Source: Lingula anatina
Taxonomy: Eukaryota; Animalia; Brachiopoda
DNA: 64,000 nucleotides
Direction of reading: 5' to 3'
NCBI GenBank assembly: GCA_051362555.1
Contig: CM120640.1
Location: forward strand, 60,428,788 to 60,492,787
Program-made: the position numbers and the translations under genes
Notes under the pieces: model-generated
What the model saw: only the letters and a program-made list of their open reading frames with translations
Databases searched by the model: none
What the model was told of the DNA's origin: nothing
Shown here: positions 11,880 to 25,279 of the stretch, piece after piece
Numbering within the stretch: position 1 is the stretch's first letter
Layout: each line of letters starts with the position of its first letter

Positions 11880-11990
11880 TCTGGTAGAAGGGAGCGCCTG
11901 AGCTATTAAGTTTTAAATGACCTTCTGAAGATTAAGCTAGAGGGGCCAGACACTGACAAAAGCACCATCAGACAAGGCAGAAGTCTCTCA
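11880..11990 (+). pseudogene. Second hAT dimerisation-domain fragment
   Basis: RERLSY*VLNDLLKIKLEGP resembles the R..L....L..L..I...GP end of hAT transposases. Confidence 0.5.
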
Positions 11991-14179
11991 GTGTAACCAA
12001 TGCAGAAATCCCAACCATGCCTATATGATACAATGTTCAGACTGCAAAGAGTGGTTACACTAAGCGTGTGCAAATTTTCCAAGCTACATGATAACCACCC
12101 TGACAACTTCAACAAGCAAATACACTAAGTCTTGCAGTCTGTGCATGGAAGGTGACACTTATGTGCTAAACATCATTCAAGTGCTCAAACAGAACTAGGA
12201 TGTGAAATGCATGTTCTTTTAAAGTTTTCCGGCTTGGGTCATAAGCTATTTGTTATAAAAACTATACTATTATTATGAAATAAACTTACTTTTTTGGTCT
12301 TGATTGATTTTGATTGAACTGAGTATGTTAAAATAAAGAATTGGTGTAGCTAATGTTGTATATTTAGAGTATAGAATTTCTTTAGTAGTACTGGTAGTTA
12401 TAAGCAGTATTGAAATTTGTTGAAATTCTTTGTGTATGACTGAGTGAGAGTTGGAAAGACACTGACACGTTTGACCAGACTGGTCACAAAACATCATCTT
12501 TACAAAAATAAGTGGTATAGATTTTTTTGTACAAATGGACAAGGGATATGGCAGTGGAAGTCAAGTGCACCAAAGTTGTTATTCTACCAATCATTCTTGT
12601 AAAAGGTGACTGACATAATAATTATTATGCTTTTTTAAACTCACTCATTTTGTTCTACTGTTCAGGCCAAGAGACTACAGCTCAGTGGTACAACCAGTAG
12701 TTAATACTGGAAAAGCGACATTCAGATGATGACAACTGCAGTGAACTAAATGAATAGATGGAGAAAAGGGTGTTTAACTTCCCAATGTTTACACCAGACC
12801 AAAAAATGGCTGTAAACCTAGAACATATGACAAAGCAGCGGGATATACAGAAAAAGAACCATAAGAGAGTCCTGCCTTTGCCACCTAAAGAAGAAAAGAA
12901 AAATACATTGGCTTACAATTAGCCATATTTATCAACTTGTTCCCTCAATTAAAAATAGAAAAGCTTCATGCCATTTTGTTCATAGAAGTACATGTATGTT
13001 ATGAATGAAATTTTGATGAAAAGTGTGTAAGGTCTACATCAGGTATTACATTAATAGGGAAAGATTTGGACTCAAATCTTAATTGCAACAGACATTAAAT
13101 ATTTCTGTGAGCTATGCAAAGAAAATTGCTTGTCAGATAAAAACCCCTTAAAAGACTCTCTTCTTACATGGACATTACAAGTAAGCTTGCTGTTTTTAGA
13201 CAGTTTACTCTTTCAAACGAAACTAATCCCCCTGGTATGACATTCCTTTGGGAAAACAAACACAAATAAGCCAGAAAAAAACCAAGAAAGGGGACTTTGA
13301 TATGTCTATACTTTTTACAACAGTTCCTACATGGATCTCCTGATTTGGCAGGATGAAGCACTTAAATTATTAGTAGACTTGGAATACTAACGGCTGAGAT
13401 AAGTAAAGCTGTAAATGAACACATGCATGCTTTCTATTAATTTAAATAATGTGTCTAAAAAAACAATGTTTGGGCAACAAGAGAAGGGATCCTGTACAAC
13501 ACAGGAAGAAAGGTAATGTCTACATAACTGTTCATAGCTAAGCTGAATTGTGATTTTGGCTAAATTTTAAACCATCCCAAGGATTAGCTTATATTAAGAA
13601 TGGAGTTAATGATTGTGGGACAGAAGCAAAGTAGGTCACATGTAAAATTTTATGTCAAGCCACCACATCTTGCCTCAGAACATCTAAAACGTATCAAATA
13701 CTTCACAAAAGAATGTATTAATTTTACCACTCTTTGTCCTTTAACCTGTGGATAACAGTTAAAATGTTTCATAGCTACCTACTGGCTAAAAACATCACTC
13801 TTGAGTCACTAAATACCATGGATCATTCTTGCACTTTGTAATGGAACTTAAAAAAGAGATCTAGCTATTAAAATGTGACATAAACCTTTAAATTGTTTTG
13901 TTGTGTAGACAAATTCCTTTGACTATTAATTAATGACAAAACTGGGCATCTGTACTATTTAAGTTCTACAAATGAGCTTCCAAATGCTGCATATATCACA
14001 GTGTCCAATAAGTTGATTGTGGCATGAAACTCATTTTCATAACTGCCAATTCCCTACATGTGCCCTCTGTAAAAATTTTACCTTGCTGCTCCTCTTCTAT
14101 TCCCAACACTTTTCTGTCTGTATTGTATTAGGTAATAAAATCATTTAAAGTTCCACAAACACCTCTTAGAAGACCTTTT

Positions 14180-17100
14180 TCAACTAACACCACCACTTGA
14201 ATGGCTGGTCTTGTAGTAAAGTTTATTCAGGTGAATAAGGTAGTTGATTTCTTGTTTCATAAACACATTGTTGCTTTGGTATATATATCTGTAGAAATCT
14301 TTTTCTGGAAAAAGGTTCAAAAATTCTATTAATAAGACATTTATGTGCATAACAAAAACAAGTTTCATATTCCGATCAAGCACAATGGATACGTGGTGTT
14401 ATATTGTTTCTACATATTCAACATGAATCACTTAAATGAATTATGATATTAATGATCTTTACAGTATTACTGACGTACTTACCAAACAAACTCGGCAATG
14501 CTATAACCTCCCAAACATCCTTGCTCAGATGACTAATATCATTGGGATCACTCATGTTGTCCGACAAGATTTGCTGAATTGCCAATAAGTGTTGCATCAG
14601 GTTCTGTGAGTTCATTTCCTCCTGCTCTTGATAACCAGTACACAGGTAGTACCTCTGTGGAGCTACATCAGTACTGCTTGTGTAGTTTTTTATGGTCACC
14701 TAGCAAAAGAGAGAACATGTTAGTATTTAAAAACTGATTAATAATGTGTTCAATTACACTAATTTTATATGCAAACACGCACTGAGATACCAATTAAACA
14801 AATAAAGATAGAAGTAATCAATACAATGAATTTATTTGCATACATCATCACTGTAATATCACCTCAAGCATTAAAGATCTGTCACAGCGTGACATGCCAC
14901 TCACACGGCAACAAATCAAAACGAAATTTGACTGATGACCTACCTTTGAAAACAGTTTATGCAGTATATATAAGAGACCAACAGTGAACCTGAGCAGTGT
15001 AGTGTGGAGTTGGACTAGGGCGGTTCCACCAGGACGGATCTCCTAAATTACAAAGTGTATGCCTACATTTTCAGCAGTAATTTGCAAGCTGTATGTAACT
15101 TTAAAATCTTATATATTTTGTTTATCAACCAAAACTAATTTGAATGCATTGCAATAAAATATAATTAAAGTTATTTACCTTCATCATGCAAAAGACTTGA
15201 TCAATAAAGAATTTCTTGATATCTGTTTTATTTTCCTCTTTTGTGAAGTCTAAGAAATGAACTGGTAAAACATCCTGCTTCATAATTTCACCATGAACTG
15301 CCAGTCTTGTGGTCTTAAATAAAAAAAAACAGAAAAAAGAGCACATACAATTACGGAATTATTCAATAGTAACCAAACCACTTTAAGAAAAATATTTGTT
15401 TTCATGCAGTTATGTAATGTTATTCACTGTAAAAAAAAAAAAAAAAAAGGACCAGAAATACAGATGCAAATATGGGGAAAAATATGTTCAACGCTGCTCT
15501 TTCTTTATAGTCAGGCGGTTAAGTCCAAATTATATCCAGAATTGTGCAAAAGTTGATAAAAGCATGAAACTTTCCACGATGAATGACCATTGGGTGTTTG
15601 TCAATTTTGGATCGGGGGGCAACTCCAAAATTCACAAGTACCCGGATGAGACGCTTTCTTAAATATGCTGACTCAGCATTTTATGTACATTCAGATTTCA
15701 TCAAAACGAGCACTAACAGTACTAATTATGATTTCATAAATAGATTTAAAAACGTACGCTCACTGTGCACAGGTATGAGAGCAATGATGACGTCACGATG
15801 ACGTCACTGGGTGATAGTGCACAATTTAGAATGACAAATATCCACTTTCACCTACAGGAACAATAGTCGAACTCTGTAATGTTTTTTCCTTAATTTTTTA
15901 TTACAGAAGTGCATCCTTTAGGGTTAGAAAGGTAAAATTAGCTTGATTGCAACTTCCGAGACATTGAGCATTTTCAATATGGCCGTCAATTTTTGAGGAA
16001 AAACAGAAAAACAAGCAGAAGTCGACGGATGTATTTTATTTGTGGCTGTTGTGAATGTGTTTCATGTCGGAAGAACACAGTAGGGCACAAGACTACATCC
16101 TAGCACGTCGTTGTTACTGATGAAAAAACAAAATGGCCGCCAAAACATAGGGTAGAGGCAGAGGGTAAAGTAAATGGCAAAATCAGCATATTTCTCGTAT
16201 CATCAGTCTAATTAACGGCATCTTCTTCTTTGATTTTTCCGTTCATCGTGATTTTTCGTTAGCTTTTATCCTACACTATCATTATCTGCTTGTTTAATAT
16301 TCAACTTATGTGTGGTGAGGGCGTAAGCCCTAAGTAGTCAGGTTACCCATCTAATTGGTCCCATAGTTGAACAATACTATGTTGTTTTCTGTAATTGTTT
16401 GAAAAAGAAATGCCCCTTTTTTGGTCAGAAAAGCCAACTTAGCTTGGCTTTACTAACTTCTGGGACATTGGCACTTTTCGTTACCCAAAATGGCTGCCAA
16501 TTTTTACGCAAAATTAGATAAGTATTCATAGCAATTTACATCAAACTATATACAGTGCGTGAAGATTCTTCATTTTAAAGTCTATTTGCATGTTAACAAT
16601 GATGGTGTTTATTAGGGTTTTCTTTCCCATAATCTGCAAGTCATGTTAATAGAAATAGCAAAATAGCCACCAAATTCACAAATTTGAAGTTGTGCTTCTT
16701 TCTTCTAACCACATGGGTGCTAAAAATCCTAGGAATATGTCCCGACATCGTGTCTATCTCCAAGAAAAGCCACACGGAAGGCGTGCTGCAACTGCACTGA
16801 GACTGAACGGACTCGGTATGATCACTTTCACCCGACAAAGTGAATTTTCCCTACAATAACATATCCTTTAGTCTGGGTCCCAATCCAACATTCGGGCTTC
16901 TAAGTCTGGTCTAAGACCGAAAATTGATGTCAAGTTGTAAAATGCCTAAAAAGACAGCAAAGAGCAAGAGGGGAGAGGGGGAGAGGGGACAAGCAAAGTA
17001 TGATTGGGCTCACCATCTTTGAACACTGCTGCGGATATAATGACCTTCTCAAACATGCACCTGTTTTTATACCTCCCCCAAAACATCTCAACACGTAAGA

Positions 17101-19952
17101 TTCCCGTGCAAAGGACGAGCAACAACCAAGGCTGCCCTACGTCTACTTGCGTTGCCCTTGCGTTGCCTGTACTCCTTGTACACATAACGTACGTAGTGCA
17201 CGATGCGGGACACGTGCTAAAGCCCGTCGGGCGCAGAGATACTTCTGACACGCGGAGGCTGAGCTTCTCAGGTACTGTCCACGCACTTTCTTCTTGCGCA
17301 CTAATTACAATCACCAGTTACTTGATTTCTTCCCTGCGATCTAGCTACGGCCCAGCCAGACGAGAGGAACCTAAAATACCGTACGTCCAGAAAATCGTGC
17401 GTGGAGTTGGGACCCAGGCTTAAGCTCATATAAAGCCTAGGTCCCAACCGAACGTACGGGCTGCTACGTGTGGTCTACGGCCAAAAAAATTGGCAAAACG
17501 GGGGAGTTCGTGCGTGAGGAGCACGTCCATCTTGCGACTTTTGGAGGACGCAAACAGCACGTAGAAACTTGATCAACAGCCGCTACGTGCGATCTAGCAG
17601 GACGCAAGGAACCTAAATACCGTGCGTCCAAAACGTAGTTGGGACCTATAGGCTTTAGCGACAAAACACGGCACAAGCATGTACTGTAGAGGTAATTGCC
17701 GTTGCCCGTAACCACTTACGATGTCATAAAAAAATCCCACGGAAAACATGTACGAGTTCATTGTACGGCGTCCGTAGCAAATGTCATTTAGACTTTGGCG
17801 ATCCAAACGAGATGAAGAGGCAATTTTCATTTTGTCAGCGGAATATCGGTAGCGATCCGAGCGAGACGAGAAGGTAATTTTCATATTTGTTTTAGGGACT
17901 TCGTCAGCAGAAGATCGTCAGCGGGAGATAATTGTTGATCCGAGCAAAAAGAGAAGGCAATTTGAATATTTGTTCAAGGGCCTCATTAGTGGAAGATCGT
18001 CAGCGGGAGACCCAGTGGTTAGGATGCGTTCATTCGCAACTGAGTGAAATATGCTAATGTCTAACCCTGCAAGAGCAAAATTTATTCACATGGTTGAGAT
18101 GGTAATAACTGACTACTGAATGTTTATTTTGCATTAAAACGTGCTCTAGCAGTTCAGACTCCCACCAAAAGGAAATTGCCAAAATAAGTTGGTTAATGAA
18201 TTTTTGAAATATTTTTATACTATTTTTCAAATATTTTTATTTATACCCCCCTCCTTTGAAAATTATTCTTTCTTTTTTTTTTCATTTCATTCCTTTTATT
18301 TTTGAGTGTCAAACAAGCTGATAATGATAGGTAAGGATCATGGCTAATTAAAAATCTAAATGAACAGAAAAATCGAAGGCATAAAAAGTTTTAATTAGAA
18401 TAATTATACACATTATAGACGGACTATACTGCTATACTTCATTCTCTGCTGTATGCGTTGGCGGCCATTTTGATTTTTCAATACCAGAAACATGCTAGTA
18501 TGCAGTCATTTATCCTACTGTGTTCTTATGACGGGAAATGTGTTCAAAATAGCCACAAATAAATTATATCTGTCAACTCTTGGTTGTTTTCTATTTTCTC
18601 TAAAAATTGACGGCCATATTGAAAATGCTCAAAGTCTCGGAAGTAGAAACCAAGCCAACTCAACCTATTTAGCCCTCAAGGATGCATTTCTGTTTACAGG
18701 AAATATCATTGCAGGGTTCGACTATTTGGCATATGCGAGTGAGTGGATATTTGTCATTTTGTATTTTGCAATATCTCCCAGTGACGTCATCATGACGTCA
18801 TCATTGTTGTAATAGATGTTTACAGTTAGTGTACGTTTCTCAAATTTATTCATGTTAGAGTCTATCATAATTAACGCCGGTAGTGCTCGTTTACGTGAAT
18901 TCTGGATGTACATAAAATGCTGAGTCAGCATATTTTAAAAAAGTTGCTCATCCGGGTACTTGTGATTTTTGGAGTTGCCCCCCGATCCAAAATTGACAAA
19001 CACCCAATGGTCATTCATCGTGGAAAGTTTCATGCTTTTATCAACTTTTGCACAATTTTTTGGCTTAGCCGCCTAACTATTACTAAGCTACACAGAATTA
19101 AATGATTACACACACCTGATTATGTGAAGGATTGGTTGTTTCATTCTCCAACCATTTTCTGTGACAGCAATGCTCACTGAAAGACCCAGTATCAATCAGA
19201 GCTATACACTTGTTCTGGAATGTATCACTCAGCAGGCTTGTCACTCCACTCCAGTCTTCATTCCGCAAGGTGAGCACTTGGTGACAGTCCGTCTAATACA
19301 AATTACATTCATCCTTGACATTGATAAACACAATATTACAAGCAAAGTAATATATTCAGATGACAAAATTCTTACTCAGTACAATACTTTAATGTAATGT
19401 AACATATATTATTCATTTACTTGAAATTTAAGTCTGAGAGGTTAGTGAGATTTCAAAATAAAAATATGATTCAAATTACTTCACACCTGCTGTAGAGTTG
19501 CTAATTCTTCTAACAATTTGATGTCACAAAATTTTGAACTTCTTATCTTGTCTACTTGTCTGCCAAATGTAGTAATTAGTTTCATCTCTGGGTCTCCCGA
19601 TGAACTCTACAAGAAAATAAAAATATTGCAAATACAGTTATGATTTCAGTGTAATGCAATGCAAGCTATTGTTATGAAAAAATACATTTTCAATTCTAAT
19701 GAACGTAAAGAAGTTACAAAAGATGCTAGTGATTTGCCTCACCTCCAACCACATGTCATCTACATGTTCAAGATCGTGTTCTTTCCAAGCCAAAACTCTC
19801 TCTTTCCATTGCAACTTCTGCTGCCATTGTCTGTGAGCATAAGATCCTTCTAAGTGCCGCTGTCCTGGGTGACAGCTAGCAAAATGAGCCATCTTGTGAG
19901 GCTACAAAAAATACATTTAAAATGTACTGACTCATGATATCTATAATGGCAA

Positions 19953-20046
<94 letters not shown>

Positions 20047-20126
20047 AATATTTTGATAGACTTTCAAAGGTGATCACCCACTGCTGTTACAGAGTATCGT
20101 GGACGTGCAGATACATATATTCATCC

Positions 20127-20180
<54 letters not shown>

Positions 20181-23100
20181 ATATATATATTCTTATATAC
20201 TAATTCTTATATACTAATTTCTGAAAACAGTACATCTTTTAATTACCCTTTCCCTTGAACCAATGAATGATAAAATCTACATCTTAAAACACCAGTTAAC
20301 ACTACTGTCTGACATTTTCTTACTCTTTTCTTTGGTACCACTATTTTCTCTTCCTCTCTAATGGCCTGTAAATGACATTTCTCTATAAACATAGTCACAG
20401 CTACATTTTGCTGCTCGTTCAATATCTCTTTTTCTTCAGGGGATGCTGTTAAGAGTTTAATATTTCTATGTATAGTGTCTGTCTGCCACTTCTTGAACAT
20501 TTCACAGCCTTTGATGTGCTGGTCTATGAATGTTTGGGGTATGGAGCTTGGTGGAAAAACAGGATTACTTGTTTTACATTTTATGTGTTCTGAAAAACAA
20601 ACAAATGTATTTTTGTGTGTTACTTTAAACCCCATTCACTGGTGCTAGAGCAGAAAACAAAACTGAATGCTTCATTAATTTTTTGTGAAATGAATCACAG
20701 ACAATAAGTATCATAAATTCAATATGACATTATTTAATTGCTGATAATTTTTCTCCTTTCAAGAGCACAGACACAGAATACTCTACCCACATATTTACCA
20801 TGAACTGTTTCTCTTCCATAAAACCCTACACAAACAACATAGACCTCTGAGTTACCAGGTTTGCTGGTGGCTGGCTTATAAAGGTGAACCTAAAATAAAT
20901 TAAACTAAGAAATGCAGTATACTTTCTCTACTTCTTGGAAAAGATATTAGAAAATGTTAGGAGAGAACACCTTTACTCCATGCATGAGGGCAATCTTTAA
21001 AACTTTTAGTTGTTTGGTGAGATAAATACATGCATGCAGCTGAAAATATTATTTTAAGAAAATAAATTCAACTCACCTCTTCAAAACTACAATTTAGGAG
21101 ATACATCAAGCAAATAGTGTTGCTTTCAAACATAGTAAACATTTTCTGTATGAAATGTCCACCTTTCCCTAGAGCAGACAAAGCCAGCAGACATTCACAC
21201 ATTTTGAGATGTGCCACTACTTGTTCCTGCTCACCAGGGTTGTCTTGACAGTCAATACTGCCATCTGCTGTCACCTGGAAAGAGAAGACACTATAAAGTA
21301 AACATAAATAAATAAATTAAGGATAATTCATGGGATTTTGGTGCTAAAAAATCATCTGGTACTTTTAATTTGACAGTCATTCTGTTTCAAAGTTTCAAAC
21401 TCAAACTACCTTGTAAATATATTTTATTACAGTTCAATTTGTATTCACTTGACTTAAACTAGAGGGAACAAGTACAGAAATCAATTACAACTATTCTTCC
21501 TCACAGAAAAAAATTGGAAAATTGAACCTTTGATAGCCAAGCACAATAAAATCTAACATTTTGAATAAATGTAAACTTTTCTAACACTATCTTACTAAAT
21601 TTTAAATAAATATCAGTGGAATAAATCAAGAATAACAATTCAATACATACCAATTTCACAGTGTTTTTGTTATATTCTCCCCTCAAGAAAACATGGTTTT
21701 CCAAGTCCATTATGTCACCTGTTCCATTTTTGCCAAAGTTCCAGTGTTCCAGTGTATGGTACAACAGTCTATAATGGAAAAGTTGTCCAAATAATTTACA
21801 TGCATCATAGCTGGCCCACATGTCCAACTATCAAGCTTTATTCCATGGGCCTTGATAACATCTATTTTGAGTTATTCGATAAAAGTAGTGTTGGAGAAGC
21901 TATCAAAACTCACATAAGCACATACAACTCAGTGGACCACCAAGCTACATTCCACACAGTATGGTCTATATGTAGGATTATAAAATTTATTATCATTTGG
22001 TTCCACTGCATATTATGAGTTTTCCTAATTAAGAGCAGTCTTGAAAAGTGAAAGTGGTCATGCAGCCGATTGTAATTAGGGTCATTCATTACGTGAAATG
22101 TTTCTAGCTATCAATGAACTGAGAACTATGCACTATGCATAAAAACTTTTGGTAAAACTATCTTAAAATTTGCATATTTAATAACCTGAGTTTTCTTAAG
22201 CAAACAAAGATCGATAAAATGTTCTAATATTCTTAATGCTTTATTTAAATTTAGCCACTTCTCATATGACCTCACCTGTCATCACCAATCATACTGGACA
22301 CTGCACTGCCTTCATAATAGGGGTTCAGTGTGTTAGCCTCCCACTCCCAACATGTGGTAGCTTCTGTCACAAAGAAGCAAATAAAAGTGAATGAGACATT
22401 TTAGTCAAAACTGAAATCTGTCTATTGATTTCTGATTGAAAACTAAATACATCCAATGCGATGTTATCAGTTTAATTCCCTACTTCTATATAAAATAAGG
22501 GTATTCATATACCAGTAGCATCATGTTGCATCATCTGCATCATCTACAATGACTTTTATCCTATGGGCACTCACAAATTCAATGTATTAACTTAGTTGTA
22601 TTAAACGTTAATTATTTTAATATTTTAATCATTGAATTTTTCTTTTATTTTTTAGATAAAAAATGTCACAATTTGTTTGCTTTTATCACTCCTAAGTTTA
22701 AAGTGCAGGATCAATCCAACTTATAGCTGCAAGCATAAATATTGTTATAATAAGCTTTACAAATAATTTATATGAAGATAAAATCAAAATTTTGCGGAAG
22801 AAAGTAAATTTTTGAGGCAAAAGAAAACAAATCTGAAAAATTAACTTTTTTTTAAGTTGAAATAACCTTTGTAGTTGGTGACAAAAATACAAACACAATT
22901 AAGAAGGTGTATAAAATGAAAAAAACATGTAAATCAAAGAAATTAAAGAGAAGTTACATACATGCAAAGTATATATTGGTACTTACTTTTTGATTTCAAA
23001 TAATGATTTAAACTACAAACGAAAGCCCCAGGTGCTTCACACAAATGCAGTGTTCTGAATGTGTCATCTTCATCAGGAATAAGATGAAAATGAGACAAAA

Positions 23101-23509
23101 TTTCATAAAATTTACACCATGCCTGTGTGCATAGTTCTGGGCTAAACATCTCTTTTATACTGCTGACAACCTTTCCTGCTGGATTTGCCTGCTGGGTATG
23201 TCTGTGCCATGTCCCTATGTCTTTATCACTGAGAAGGCTTTTAGTGTCATTCAGCTCTTTTTTTAAGTTCATAAAAGTCTCCCATGTCTTCAAAGTTAAA
23301 GTTTTATCAGAACCACAATTGTCTGGTAGGACCCAGGGTGCATCATGTGGTTTTTCGTATGAGAATTTTTTGCAGAAAATTTCTTTTAATATTTCACGAT
23401 GGGCTGCAATATTTTCTTCATCTGCTTTTTCCTTAGTCAGGTAATCACAATACGTAACCTGGCATCCCATACCACTAGAATATCTTTTCCTTTTTTTCTT
23501 ACGCCCCAT
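14180..23509 (-). CDS. CMTR2: Cap-specific mRNA (nucleoside-2'-O-)-methyltransferase 2, ~13 coding exons
   Basis: [68 protein letters not shown] (K-D-K-E tetrad). Approximate exons 23509-22987, 22365-22276, 21768-21651, 21274-21077, 20888-~20790, 20590-20246, ~19896-19743, 19606-19487, ~19315-19116, 15314-15178, 15042-14944, 14699-14482, 14305-14180. Probable non-coding exon ends at donor 24834. Confidence 0.93.
16870..17654. mobile_element. Two adjacent related MITE-like units nested in the Academ-like element
   Basis: agtctgggtcccaa (16870)...ttgggacccaggct (17420) and agcctaggtcccaa (17434)...ttgggacctataggct (17654); both share gatctagc...ggaacctaaa.taccgt.cgtcca near the right end. Confidence 0.6.
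17799..18010. repeat. Degenerate tandem repeat (3 copies, ~55-85 bp)
   Basis: gatcc(g/a)a.c.ag...aagg(c/t)aattt..at.tttgt...gtcagcgg recurs three times. Confidence 0.65.
19953..20190. repeat. (TG)n/(TA)n microsatellites in CMTR2 intron
   Basis: TA runs at ~19967-20044 and ~20150-20190. Confidence 0.97.
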
Positions 23510-23704
23510 TCCAGTATTCTACAAACAAAACATAACATTGTTACATTACAATGCAATACAATAAATTTTATTTCATGTCGGGTATAAATTGAAAGGAAAC
23601 ATTAGCTTTGCAGCTATTCACCGACCGGGTTGGGACAAACATTTCTACAAATAATCCAATATTTATACATGAAGTCTAGTAAGATAGTAAATGGAAAATC
23701 TTTC

Positions 23705-24278
23705 GGTACTTTTGTAGTATACCCCCCCACCCTGTAACTTTCTGTAACGTTCACTTTTCAAACAGTTTTTTTACATTTTCTTGTTCTCTATGTCAAAGCT
23801 GTTGAAATAAAATGCTTTTGTAATTACCTGTGGACTTTTTATTTGTTTTAATCACGTTTAATCCAGCCCATTGAAATACAATGTTAGAATCTTCAATTTA
23901 CACCCGCAGTCAATAACTTGCCGCGTTTTCATTGGCTAACTCAAAGGTAATTTTATGTGAACAAGTAGCTCATAATAATTTCACAGAGGAAGTCCAAGTA
24001 TATACAATGTATCAATCCTATGTTCACATAAAATAAGGTAGAGTTAGCCAACGAAAACGCGGCAAGTTATTGACTGCGGGTGTAAATTGAAGATTCTAAC
24101 ATTGTATTTCAATGGGGTGGATTAAACGTGATTAAAACTAATAAAAAGACCACAGGTAATTACAAAAACATTTTATTTCAACAGTTTTGACATAGGTGAA
24201 AAAGACAATGTAAAAAAATGTTTGAAAAATGAAAGTTTCATGAAGTTACAGGGTGGGGGGGTATACTACAAAAGTACC
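23705..24278. mobile_element. Merlin-like foldback MITE in CMTR2 first intron
   Basis: GGTACTTTTGTAGTATACCCCCC...GGGGGGTATACTACAAAAGTACC; 8-bp TSD AATCTTTC (23697-23704, 24279-24286); arms ~260 bp, spacer ~55 bp. GG..CC ends with an 8-bp TSD fit Merlin. Confidence 0.88.
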
Positions 24279-24849
24279 AATCTTTCTACATACAAATACA
24301 CGAAGTCTACTTTTTTTTTTTTTTTAAATAGAAAATGAAAAATCTCTCTATGAAAAATATACAAAATGCTAAACACAATTAATTGTGAAAGACAAACATT
24401 TCTACAAACAACGCTCACTAATATGTATATGCATAAAATAATGTAAATAATGTATTATTACAGTTTCACTAAATGCATATGGGTTACACAGGCTACATTA
24501 AGTTGTACATTTGCATAAAGAGAAAGGATAGATTTTGATTAAATCTATGTGTAAAACGTTGTGCTTTTAAAAACAAAAATAACCTCACAAATTGAGAATC
24601 ATTTAAAAAAAAGCATCTTGATTACCTTCTACCAGGGCCACAGACTAATTTTTCATAAGGAAGACAGTGCTAGCCTCGGCCGTGGCAAACCGGCCAGTGC
24701 CAATCCGCAAAATAAATTTCCGTCGAATTCTAATAATAAGTATGAACTGTGCAAATATAAGATCAGATACATCATTTCCATACATTGCTTCCCATTTTTA
24801 TTACTTTTCAAAGTTTATATAAGCCCGTTATACCTGCTAAACGGTTACT

Positions 24850-25279
24850 TTTTCGCTCAGTGTTTTGCTCGCATCTGACAGCACGTGCAGCTCTACGTCG
24901 TATCGCTAGCCAGTTTTGTTCATTTTTAAAAATTATACTTGCATGAAAAAAGTGACGCTAGTCTTTTGAGAATTATAGCAATTGACATAATTAAAATACT
25001 TATTCTTATACTAGTTTTAGAAATGTCCACAATATCGTTATGGTATTATTCTTTATGTTTACTCTGTTTTCGGAAGTACGACGTGGGTCTGTCTTACTTC
25101 TCGCCGATTCTCGCGTGACAATTCCTAATTGATAAAAACAGACCGACGCCATATCTTAGTCTTTGAGGAGATAAACGTTTTTGATATAAATACACGTGTG
25201 ATCACCAAAATTTTGCATGCAGCTTTGGCGCCAGTGAGTGAGCAAAGTTACAGAGTCTTCTGAGGTGGAGGTTCAGAAG
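24850..25279. promoter_or_regulatory. Bidirectional CpG-rich promoter shared by CMTR2 and YTHDC1
   Basis: CMTR2 upstream donor at 24834 and YTHDC1 ATG at 25280 are under 450 bp apart; ETS-like CGGAAGT (~25070), TCTCGCG (~25109), YY1-like CGCCAT (~25147); local CpG retention. Confidence 0.7.

Larger units (their letters stand above)
15508..19079. mobile_element. Non-autonomous long-TIR DNA transposon, Academ-like, in CMTR2 intron
   Basis: TAGT(C/T)AGGCGG termini, 3-bp TSD TTA (15505-15507, 19080-19082); inverted similarity traceable ~15508-16303 vs ~18302-19079. Superfamily inferred from TAG..CTA ends and 3-bp TSD only. Confidence 0.8.

Noticed and set aside
15396-15801. ORFs at the ends of the long-TIR elements (also 18492-19105, 61132-61371, 63420-63772)
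   Set aside because: Fall in TIR sequence, mirrored on both arms, with no domain signature.
16946-17423. Overlapping 122-aa and 139-aa ORFs
   Set aside because: GC-rich MITE interior lowers stop frequency; no recognisable motif in any frame.
19850-20258. ORFs with YIYIYI runs
   Set aside because: Translations of (TA)n microsatellites.
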